36,208 bases of DNA from Aurantibacter sp. (GTDB lineage Bacteria > Bacteroidota > Bacteroidia > Flavobacteriales > Flavobacteriaceae). Position numbers and translations under genes: made by a program. The stretch's first letter is position 1, and every line of letters begins with the position of its first letter. Of the stretch, positions 26,583 through 34,750 are shown one piece after another. The stretch spans positions 1 to 36,208 of the forward strand of contig DAISIZ010000002.1 of assembly GCA_036821745.1 (NCBI GenBank), read 5' to 3'. The notes under the pieces were generated by a model. The model was not told the DNA's origin, ran no database searches, and worked only from the letters and a program-made list of their open reading frames with translations.

Positions 26583-29219
26583 TTGAAGTATATACATTAT
26601 GTATTAATATTTTTTGGATTTCACTTTTGTTGTTCTCAAACTTCAACAAGCCAGATTTCAATATCCTTAGAAACATCAGGCCTATTCTTGGATCCTGGGA
26701 AGGTGTCTGTTATTAAATTAGGAATACGCAATAATCACGACTTTCCTGTAAATATTAGAATAGAATATTCTAGTCCTGATAGAAATTTGAGCCCAGGAAT
26801 CAAATCTGAGGATATGTATTTGGAGCCTGAGGATTACCAAATCGGTTATATTCCCATTAAACTAAAAAGCACTACTAGGAGCGGATTCAAATTATTAGAT
26901 GTTAGAGTTCTAATGGGAGATATAACTGTTGTAGAGAAGACCTTTGATCTTTTTATTAAGGAAAAGCGTAAACTGACGTTAGATTTAATCTCTGTACCAA
27001 AATATATTCTAGACAATCAAGAATTAACAGCTACTTATTTAATATCAAACCTAGGTAATCGTAATGAGTATATCAAAGAGCTTGATTTATCTTTAAGTCC
27101 AGGACAAACTCACGAATTTCAAAAGTCAGAAATTGTCAAGCAATCCTTTTCTCCATATTCTTACATTGTATTTAACAATATCGTAGCAGAGGATAATTAT
27201 AGTATTAGTTCTAATTCTAAGTCAGTTAAGGTTTATCCATCTTATATTCCAGACTTTGATCCTTTTCATCGAATTCCAGCTGAAGTTGGTGTGAGTATCT
27301 TTGATGTTACAAATCAGAAAATGAATAATATTCAAAACATCCAAGTTTTTATGAAAGCTCAAGGTTATGTTAATGATAAAAAGGAGCATTTTATAGAAGC
27401 AGAGTTTAGGGGGCCAAATAGATTCAATATGTCTAGGTTTGCAACTTATGATAGGTATTTTGTAGGATATAATTATAAGGGGAAATTAAAAGTAAACGCC
27501 GGTGACTTTTCTCTTCAGAAATACCGTTTGCCATTATTTTCTAGATACATTAGGGGGGGTGAATTGAGTTACTCTTTTAAAAAACTTGATTTTTCTCTTT
27601 ATGGAGGTAGCCCAAGATTCTTTAATGACACTGAATGCCTATATGGCTTAGATGCCACTTATGATATGACTATGAATTCCAAACTATCGTTATCTAATAT
27701 AATTAGAAAACCATCAGATTCTAATTTATCAAATATCAATCTCACAACAATAGCTTATCGTTTGGCAAATGATAAGATAACGCTGAATTCAAGTCTTAAT
27801 TCAAGTTTAGAAACTAATAATAAAGGATGGGGTTATGAGGGAAACTTAGCTTATAATTTTAAGAGAACGTCTGCTTCTATTGATTATTTGTTCGCAAGTG
27901 ATGAATATTTGGGTTATTACAATAATAGCGAGTATGTTTCTGTTAATTTAAATGAGAAAATATCTACAAAGTATGGTCTGTCTTTTAGTTATTATTTATC
28001 TAAGCTCAATAGGCAGTTAAATGATTTTGAATTTTTATCTCAACCAGTTTCTGAAAATTATTCTGCTGGTTTTTCAGGTAATTATACTAATTTTAATTAT
28101 AGATTTGATTATTTTTATTCAAGAAGTTACGATACATCTGATTTAAATCAATTTAATTTTATTGATACAGGGGTTAGATTTAATACAAACTTCAAATTCA
28201 ATAGAATTAATCTTACTAATTTAGTTAGTTATTCTGATACTCAGAATAAGCTTTTTAATGGTTTTGTATCCAAATCGTTTATGGATAGATTATCCTTAAC
28301 CTACAGTCACAATAAATATTTTTCGTTTGGAGGTTTTGTAAATTATATCAGTACAAATAAGTTTTTGGATGTTCAAGGTTTTGAAAATTTACTTTTTTAC
28401 GGAGCAAATGTTAGTTTCTGTAAGAATAATTTGAACGTTAATTTTACTTATAGAAATAATTTTGCTAAAGATGAACTTGTAAGTACAAAATCGTTATTTG
28501 ATATAGTTGCCTCTTATAGTTATAGAAATTATATGGCTGGGTTTAAAGCTGGTGTTTATCGTTCACCTGAATTTTTTGAGAGAGAAGATGACGTGTTTTT
28601 AAATTTCACTCTTTCTAAACGTTTTGGCTTACCTACAAAAAAGAAGACAGATTATTCCAAGTTGTCTGTTTATGTTGAAAAGTATGGGGGGAATTTTAAA
28701 GAAGACATTACTCTTGTAGTAAACGGTGTTGAATATAAACCAAATGACTTAGGAGTGTATGTGATCAATAATTTGTCGTCTGATAATGTTTTGCTAAATG
28801 TTTTAGACCAGTCAATTCCTAACGGATATATTATTGCTGAATCATTACCAATGCCTATTAAACTGTCTGATGTAGGAGATGTCCAAGTTGATTTAAACTT
28901 GGTAAAAGGATCAATATTATCTGGAAATATTAATTTTGAAAATGATAAGTTTAATAGTAAAGTGAAGAATAAGGACTATGTGTTTTACTTAAAGCTTAAA
29001 TCAAAAGATAATAGTTATTACACTGAGTCTAGAAACGGAAAATTTTGGTTTCAGGACTTAAAATCTGGGTCATATAGTTTAGAGGTATTAAATAAAGATT
29101 TTTCTAAAAATTTTAAAGAAAGTAAAATCATAAAAACAAATATTAAGATTAATACTGGATCTGATGAGAAAGTAAAAATAACCCTAAATAAATTAAAAAG
29201 AAATATTATATTTAAGTAA
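26583..29219 (+). CDS. Large outer-membrane usher-like protein
   Basis: TTG start, signal peptide, N-terminal Ig-like segments, long central amphipathic aromatic-rich beta-strand region, two C-terminal beta-sandwich repeats (GVYVINNL; NGKFWFQDLKSGSYSLEV). Confidence 0.55.
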   Translation: MKYIHYVLIFFGFHFCCSQTSTSQISISLETSGLFLDPGKVSVIKLGIRNNHDFPVNIRIEYSSPDRNLSPGIKSEDMYLEPEDYQIGYIPIKLKSTTRSGFKLLDVRVLMGDITVVEKTFDLFIKEKRKLTLDLISVPKYILDNQELTATYLISNLGNRNEYIKELDLSLSPGQTHEFQKSEIVKQSFSPYSYIVFNNIVAEDNYSISSNSKSVKVYPSYIPDFDPFHRIPAEVGVSIFDVTNQKMNNIQNIQVFMKAQGYVNDKKEHFIEAEFRGPNRFNMSRFATYDRYFVGYNYKGKLKVNAGDFSLQKYRLPLFSRYIRGGELSYSFKKLDFSLYGGSPRFFNDTECLYGLDATYDMTMNSKLSLSNIIRKPSDSNLSNINLTTIAYRLANDKITLNSSLNSSLETNNKGWGYEGNLAYNFKRTSASIDYLFASDEYLGYYNNSEYVSVNLNEKISTKYGLSFSYYLSKLNRQLNDFEFLSQPVSENYSAGFSGNYTNFNYRFDYFYSRSYDTSDLNQFNFIDTGVRFNTNFKFNRINLTNLVSYSDTQNKLFNGFVSKSFMDRLSLTYSHNKYFSFGGFVNYISTNKFLDVQGFENLLFYGANVSFCKNNLNVNFTYRNNFAKDELVSTKSLFDIVASYSYRNYMAGFKAGVYRSPEFFEREDDVFLNFTLSKRFGLPTKKKTDYSKLSVYVEKYGGNFKEDITLVVNGVEYKPNDLGVYVINNLSSDNVLLNVLDQSIPNGYIIAESLPMPIKLSDVGDVQVDLNLVKGSILSGNINFENDKFNSKVKNKDYVFYLKLKSKDNSYYTESRNGKFWFQDLKSGSYSLEVLNKDFSKNFKESKIIKTNIKINTGSDEKVKITLNKLKRNIIFK

Positions 29220-29752
29220 TGAATAGATTTCTATTTTTGTTGTTTTTTTTCACCACTAGCTTTATGTCAGCACAGGTTCTTGCTGGTTCAAACAACTCAA
29301 CTTCAAACTCAGTAGCGCCTAATGAATTCTTTATTTTAGATATAGAGCCAAATAATTTTTCAATTGATTTATCTGCTCTTTCTCCAAGTGAGGCTGGTCA
29401 GGAATACTTCTTCTCATCAAACAGTGAGAAATGGTTAAATTATACATCCTCAGTACCCTTTGGAGACGTTAGGACTATTTCTGTTTCAGTTACTGGATCG
29501 TTATCTGGTTTGTCATTAAGTTTAACGGTTTCTCCATGTACTTCTTGTTTTGGCGTTTTCGGTGTTCCAGTAGGCACTGTGGTACTTGGTTCTACACCAC
29601 AAAATGTGATAAATGGAATTGGAGGTTCCTATACTGGTAACGGACCTAATTTAGGCCATAATTTGATTTACAGTTTATCAATTACAAATTATGCTCAAAT
29701 ATTAGCATCTAATAATAACTTAACCATAATATATACAATAACAGACTTATGA
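29219..29752 (+). CDS. Secreted pilin-like protein, paralog of 25226-25792
   Basis: SPSEAG, WLNYTS, QNVINGIGGSYTGNG.NLGHNLIYSL, YTITDL; overlaps the upstream stop. Confidence 0.6.
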   Translation: MNRFLFLLFFFTTSFMSAQVLAGSNNSTSNSVAPNEFFILDIEPNNFSIDLSALSPSEAGQEYFFSSNSEKWLNYTSSVPFGDVRTISVSVTGSLSGLSLSLTVSPCTSCFGVFGVPVGTVVLGSTPQNVINGIGGSYTGNGPNLGHNLIYSLSITNYAQILASNNNLTIIYTITDL

Positions 29753-30276
29753 GAATACTACTTCTACTTACGTTATGTTTATCTACCATGTGTTCTGCTC
29801 AATTGACTTTAAATGGGCAGTGGGATTTGATATTATCTTCAACCGACATAACAGAAGCTGGTCTAGACTACCCAAATCAATTTCAAAGTTCAACAAATCA
29901 AACTGAACTAACGTGGAGTAGTTCACTATTTAACCCATTGCTTACGTGCGTGGTTAATATTAATAATTATCGAGTAAACTTAAGAAAAATAAATATCAAC
30001 TGGGATCCGGCCTTAACAATGTCCATAAGAAGAACAGGTGATGGCACTCCTGATGCCTTAATTACTAATCCAACAACTCTGGCGCTTTTAAATTCTAGTG
30101 TGTCAAACGGCACAATATACCAAGAAATTCAAGATACTGATATAGAAATAGTAAGATTTCGAGGCTGTCGAAATGATATCCCTTTTCAATTCAAGCTAGA
30201 AGGAATGTCTGTAACTTTACCTGTAGAAACCTATTCAATAACTTTAATGTATACAATATACGATGATGGCCTTTAA
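29749..30276 (+). CDS. Secreted pilin-like protein, divergent paralog (putative minor/tip subunit)
   Basis: Signal peptide, ITEAGLDY, IRRTGDG, C-terminal YSITLMYTIYD; ATGA overlap with the previous gene. Confidence 0.55.
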   Translation: MRILLLLTLCLSTMCSAQLTLNGQWDLILSSTDITEAGLDYPNQFQSSTNQTELTWSSSLFNPLLTCVVNINNYRVNLRKININWDPALTMSIRRTGDGTPDALITNPTTLALLNSSVSNGTIYQEIQDTDIEIVRFRGCRNDIPFQFKLEGMSVTLPVETYSITLMYTIYDDGL

Positions 30277-30523
30277 ACTGTCATCATACAAGACATTGAG
30301 TTAATATGTTTGAAACAAATTTATGAATACATCTATTTTTATTTTCAACGTTCTAAAATAAAAATATCTTCGCTCTTTTTTTAAACTTGTTATTTGTATT
30401 GAATAAATGAATATGTGAAAATCACATATGTAGAAGAAATACCTTGCCAGATAAAGATAAACAAACGTATACACGATGATAAAAATAACAAAGGTTAGTT
30501 AATTCTATTTACAGCATACCGAT

Positions 30524-32503
30524 TTAATTTAGAAGCTTATCATCAACTAAATTTGGGATTGTTATTTTTAAGTTTGGCTCTACTTCCATAGCACGTTTTA
30601 TGGCAAAAATAGCTTCTTCATTTCTTGCCCAACTTCTTCTAGCAATACCATTATTAACATCCCAAAAAAGCATTGATTTTAAGCGCTTTGAAGCTTCTTT
30701 GCTACCGTCTATAACCATGCCAAAACCGCCATTAATAACTTCACCCCAGCCTACACCACCGCCATTATGAATACTAACCCAGGTTGCACCTCTAAAACTA
30801 TCTCCAATAACGTTATGAATCGCCATATCGGCTGTGAACCGTGAGCCATCGTAAATATTACTAGTTTCCCGATACGGTGAATCTGTACCTGAAACGTCAT
30901 GATGATCACGACCTAAAATAACGGTACCAATCTCTCCTTTTTCAATGGCTTTATTAAACGCCTCTGCGATTTTCATACGACCTTCGGCATCGGCATATAA
31001 AATTCTTGCTTGTGAACCTACGACTAATTTATTTTCTTGAGCGCCTTTTATCCATTGGATATTATCACTCATTTGCTGTTGTATTTGTTTAGGAGAATTA
31101 CGTTTTATGTCTTCTAAAACTTGACAAGCAATTGCATCGGTTTTTGCTAAATCTTCAGGTTTCCCAGAAGCACAAACCCAACGAAAAGGTCCAAAACCAT
31201 AATCAAAACACATTGGCCCCATAATATCCTGAACGTAACTTGGGTATTTAAAATCAATCCCATTTTTAGCCATAATATCTGCTCCTGCACGTGATGCTTC
31301 TAACAAAAAGGCATTACCATAATCGAAAAAGTAAGTCCCTTTTGCCGTATGTTTATTCACAGCATCAGCGTGTCTTCTTAATGATTCTTGAACTTTTTCT
31401 TTAAACAGTTCTGGCTTATTCGCCATCATAGTATTGCTTTCTTCAAAAGAAAAACCTACCGGATAATAACCACCAGCCCAAGGATTATGTAATGAAGTTT
31501 GATCACTTCCTAAATCGATATGAATATTAGCTTCATCAAACTTTTCCCAAACCTCAACGATATTACCTAAGTAAGCTAATGAAACGGTTTCTTTTTCGGC
31601 TTTAGCCTGATTAACACGTTTCACTAATTCATCTGAATCTGTAATTTTTTCGTCAATCCAACCTTGGTCTAATCTTACCTGAGTAATTTTAGGATTTACC
31701 TCAGCACAAACCGTAATACAACCAGCAATATTACCTGCTTTTGGTTGTGCGCCAGACATACCACCTAAACCAGAGGTTACAAATAAATTGCCTTTAGGTT
31801 CTTTTTTTATTTTTCTAAACCCGTTTAAAACGGTAATAGTTGTCCCATGAACAATTCCTTGAGGACCGATATACATATAACTTCCGGCCGTCATTTGTCC
31901 ATATTGTGTAACTCCTAAAGCGTTAAATTTCTCCCAGTCGTCCGGTTTAGAATAATTAGGAATCATCATTCCATTAGTTACAACTACACGTGGTGCTTCT
32001 TTATGACTTGGAAATAACCCCATTGGATGACCAGAATACATTACCAACGTTTGCTCGTCATTCATCTCGGCCAAATACTTCATTGTTAATCGGTATTGGG
32101 CCCAATTTGAAAATACACCACCGTTGCCACCATAGGTAATTAATTCATGAGGATGCTGAGCTACGGCATGATCCAAATTATTTTGTATCATTAGCATTAT
32201 TGCTGCTGCTTGTTTAGATTGACAAGGATAATCTTCTATAGCTCTGGCGTAAATTTTATAGTCAGGACGAAAACGATACATATATATACGTCCGTAATCT
32301 TTTAATTCTTGTTTAAATTCAGGAATTAAAGTGCTGTGATGAGATTTGTTGAAATAACGTAAGGCATTTTTTAGTGCTAGCTTTTTTTCTTCTGCATTTA
32401 AGATAGTTTTGCGTTTTGGTGAGTGATTAACGCTAGTGCCGTACGGTTTTGGTTGCGGTAAATTATTTGGTATTCCTTGTAATATTTCTTCTTTAAAAGT
32501 CAT
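30524..32503 (-). CDS. hutU: Urocanate hydratase (long, UROC1-like form)
   Basis: GQMTAGSYMYIGPQGIVHGT, GLGGMSGAQP, SDQTSLHN, GRDHHD, HNGGGVGWG. Confidence 0.97.
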   Translation of the reverse strand: MTFKEEILQGIPNNLPQPKPYGTSVNHSPKRKTILNAEEKKLALKNALRYFNKSHHSTLIPEFKQELKDYGRIYMYRFRPDYKIYARAIEDYPCQSKQAAAIMLMIQNNLDHAVAQHPHELITYGGNGGVFSNWAQYRLTMKYLAEMNDEQTLVMYSGHPMGLFPSHKEAPRVVVTNGMMIPNYSKPDDWEKFNALGVTQYGQMTAGSYMYIGPQGIVHGTTITVLNGFRKIKKEPKGNLFVTSGLGGMSGAQPKAGNIAGCITVCAEVNPKITQVRLDQGWIDEKITDSDELVKRVNQAKAEKETVSLAYLGNIVEVWEKFDEANIHIDLGSDQTSLHNPWAGGYYPVGFSFEESNTMMANKPELFKEKVQESLRRHADAVNKHTAKGTYFFDYGNAFLLEASRAGADIMAKNGIDFKYPSYVQDIMGPMCFDYGFGPFRWVCASGKPEDLAKTDAIACQVLEDIKRNSPKQIQQQMSDNIQWIKGAQENKLVVGSQARILYADAEGRMKIAEAFNKAIEKGEIGTVILGRDHHDVSGTDSPYRETSNIYDGSRFTADMAIHNVIGDSFRGATWVSIHNGGGVGWGEVINGGFGMVIDGSKEASKRLKSMLFWDVNNGIARRSWARNEEAIFAIKRAMEVEPNLKITIPNLVDDKLLN

Positions 32504-32551
32504 TGTTTTTTAGTTTAATTTATTTAAGTATATTTCACATAAATAAATAAA

Positions 32552-32626
32552 TTATGGGTACCTAATATCGACACGATGATGTGTGGTTGCTATAACTATT
32601 TTATATGTTTTAAAGTAGGAGTCCAA
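32552..32626 (-). CDS. Putative leader peptide upstream of hutU (24 aa, MDSYFKTYKIVIATTHHRVDIRYP)
   Basis: TTG GAC TCC TAC TTT AAA ACA TAT AAA ATA GTT ATA GCA ACC ACA CAT CAT CGT GTC GAT ATT AGG TAC CCA TAA; ends 48 nt before the hutU ATG. Translation not demonstrated. Confidence 0.45.
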   Translation of the reverse strand: MDSYFKTYKIVIATTHHRVDIRYP

Positions 32627-32632
32627 TAGTAT

Positions 32633-32797
32633 TTAATTCTTTATTTTTTTCTTTTCATTAAAGTTATATGGGCAATGCCTACAACTGTTTTTACAACAAT
32701 ACCCGCGTTTTAAATGGTATTGTTCAGTTAAGCATTTATAGCCTTCCGGAGTTAGATAGTAATCATCGTCTTCTATGGGAATATATTTTTTAATCAT
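32633..32797 (-). CDS. DUF5522-like small Cys-rich protein (54 aa; below ORF-track cutoff)
   Basis: MIKKYIPIEDDDYYLTPEGYKCLTEQYHLKRGYCCKNSCRHCPYNFNEKKKIKN with RGYCCxxxCRHCPY motif. Confidence 0.85.
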   Translation of the reverse strand: MIKKYIPIEDDDYYLTPEGYKCLTEQYHLKRGYCCKNSCRHCPYNFNEKKKIKN

Positions 32798-32803
32798 ACG
32801 TTA

Positions 32804-32811
32804 CAAATATA
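32804..32811 (-). promoter_or_regulatory. -7 promoter element immediately before the DUF5522-like ATG
   Basis: Minus-strand TATATTTG ending 6 nt before ATG 32797. Confidence 0.55.
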
Positions 32812-32860
32812 CAGCATTTTTAAGTTTAATTTTTAATGATAAATGAGCTTGAATTAACGC

Positions 32861-32887
32861 AAAAAAAGACCAACATACGTTGGTCTT
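32861..32887 (-). terminator. Intrinsic terminator
   Basis: AAAAAAAGACCAAC-ATAC-GTTGGTCTT; T-run on the minus strand. Confidence 0.75.
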
Positions 32888-32908
32888 AATTAGTATAATT
32901 AAAAATGG

Positions 32909-33196
32909 TTAGTTTAATTTGTGATATTCTTTTAACTGTATTAAAAGTTCTTTTTTTAGTGGTTTAGCTATAATAGCATTTGAATACTTTTTCTTTTTGT
33001 AAAGTTCTTTTAATTGTATTAAGAGTTCTTTTTTTAAAGGCCTACTAATAGCTTTTGCTTTAAGTTTATTTCCTTTCTTATTTAAGAAATCTAAAATTTG
33101 TTCAGTTTTATGATCATCTTTTTCGATTGAATTAGATTCCTGAGAAAATAAGTTGAAAGATAACATGCATAAAATAATGACTAGTGAATTTTTCAT
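32909..33196 (-). CDS. Small secreted basic protein with duplicated PLKKELLIQLKE motif
   Basis: Signal peptide (…FNLFSQ); starts 2 nt after the upstream stop; repeat copies differ only at synonymous sites. Confidence 0.7.
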   Translation of the reverse strand: MKNSLVIILCMLSFNLFSQESNSIEKDDHKTEQILDFLNKKGNKLKAKAISRPLKKELLIQLKELYKKKKYSNAIIAKPLKKELLIQLKEYHKLN

Positions 33197-33198
33197 AT

Positions 33199-34323
33199 TT
33201 AGTTATGTTTTATTACCATTATTCTTGAGTATCCTCCACCAAATTCTGCACCAACTGTACCGTTATTAAGAGCACTTGTATGTTCTGGTCCGATTACATA
33301 ACCCATCACGGAAATTTGGTGAGTACCTGCAGGTAAAATTTTATAAACACTCCCTGTTAAAGTAAAAAAGCCACTATTAAATGTTGTCGTACCTGATGTC
33401 CATGGTGAATCACTGTTTGAATAAGCATGGGCATTTGCGCCTTCCAATATGGCACCTCCATCGTTATTCTCATCTATAAAGACAGCACAACCATATGTTC
33501 TATTCATGCCATCTGTTAAAGCACCACTAAAAGCTGGGTTTGCATTTGTTCCATCATCTAAACCGCAGCTAATGTTATAATTAACTTCAACTAAAGTTTC
33601 TTGAGTGAGGGTTATTGTTCTACTATCCAAAGTGCCGCCTACCAAATCTCCAGTTGTAGTTCTTACGTATACTGATGGGCTGATAAACGTTGTTTCATCT
33701 TCATCAACTTCAATTTCACTTAAAAACTGGGCTCCACCAATAACAAGGTTTCCGTCACCATCAACAGCTAATGGAGAAAGATCAATACCGTTATTATCGG
33801 GGTGACTATTGTTTAAAGCTTCAATTCGTATTGTTTCTGTAGTAGGGTTAGTACCGCCAATATGTAATTTTTGTTGAGGAACTGTTTCGTCAATACCTAC
33901 ATTTCCGTTAGTTAAAAATCTAGCTCTTTCAATATTATTGGTTCTTATTGCTAAAGCTTCATTATTAGTTGTTCCTAAAAAATTGTTAGCTACGTCAGTT
34001 TCTGCATTACCATTAACTGTCCAATCATTATTATTTAAACGAATCCATTTTGAACCATCATTGTAATATAGACCGGGTGATACATCATTTACAGGTGCTG
34101 CAATGTTATAAACTGCCATACCTGCAACATGTGCTGCTAATGGTGTAGATAAACTTGTGTCTGTTAATGCAACACGAGGAAATAATATTCCTCTATTTGT
34201 GCTAACAACATCAAGTACTGCACTTGAATTGGGAGATGTGGTTCCAATACCTACTTGTGCTACAGTACTTTGGGTAAACAAAGTTATACCTGTGATAAGA
34301 ATAATTCGAGTAATGTTTTTCAT
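33199..34323 (-). CDS. Secreted 'QVGIGTTSP' fibre-like protein with C-terminal beta-sandwich
   Basis: Likely start MKNITRII (34323); QVGIGTTSP...LDV.STNRGILFPRVALT...YYNDGSKW...WTVNGN...FLGTT...RTNN...GNVGI. Confidence 0.7.
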   Translation of the reverse strand: MKNITRIILITGITLFTQSTVAQVGIGTTSPNSSAVLDVVSTNRGILFPRVALTDTSLSTPLAAHVAGMAVYNIAAPVNDVSPGLYYNDGSKWIRLNNNDWTVNGNAETDVANNFLGTTNNEALAIRTNNIERARFLTNGNVGIDETVPQQKLHIGGTNPTTETIRIEALNNSHPDNNGIDLSPLAVDGDGNLVIGGAQFLSEIEVDEDETTFISPSVYVRTTTGDLVGGTLDSRTITLTQETLVEVNYNISCGLDDGTNANPAFSGALTDGMNRTYGCAVFIDENNDGGAILEGANAHAYSNSDSPWTSGTTTFNSGFFTLTGSVYKILPAGTHQISVMGYVIGPEHTSALNNGTVGAEFGGGYSRIMVIKHN

Positions 34324-34702
34324 AAATAAGTAATGTTTTTTTGTTTTCAAGATGTGAATATACTAATTTATATTTAACTAACAAATGAATTTATTTTTAT
34401 TAAAAAAACATAATAAAAGTTAAAAATTTTAACTTTTATCAATAAAAATTAAAATTTTTAAAACTATTGATTTTTGTTACTGTGTTAAACTTGACAGTTG
34501 TTTTTCTGTTTATTAAATTCATAAAGCAGATGTTTAAATAATTTGGCAATACTCTTTGTGTTTTTAAAAGGTGAAATTTAAAACATACTACCTGTAAAAC
34601 TTATATAATAACCTCTCTTTTTAGGATGTTTTTAATCTAATTATAAATATTCAGATTTCATGAGTTTTATATTTTATGCTTCATATCTTAAAATTGAAGC
34701 AT

Positions 34703-34727
34703 AAAAAAGCCCAACACATGTTGGGCT
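34703..34727 (-). terminator. Intrinsic terminator
   Basis: AAAAAAGCCCAACA-CA-TGTTGGGCT. Confidence 0.75.
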
Positions 34728-34750
34728 CAAAGTTTATTTGTAAGTAATAT

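Noticed and set aside
30471..32580. ACACGATGAT direct repeat on both sides of hutU (30471-30480 and 32571-32580)
   Set aside because: Only 10 bp, no mobile-element genes, and hutU is an ordinary metabolic gene; probably chance.
1944..33805. Other short nested antisense ORFs (1944, 5054, 15450, 17872, 17988, 18869, 21413, 22987, 23260, 33605)
   Set aside because: All lie antisense within longer, motif-supported genes.
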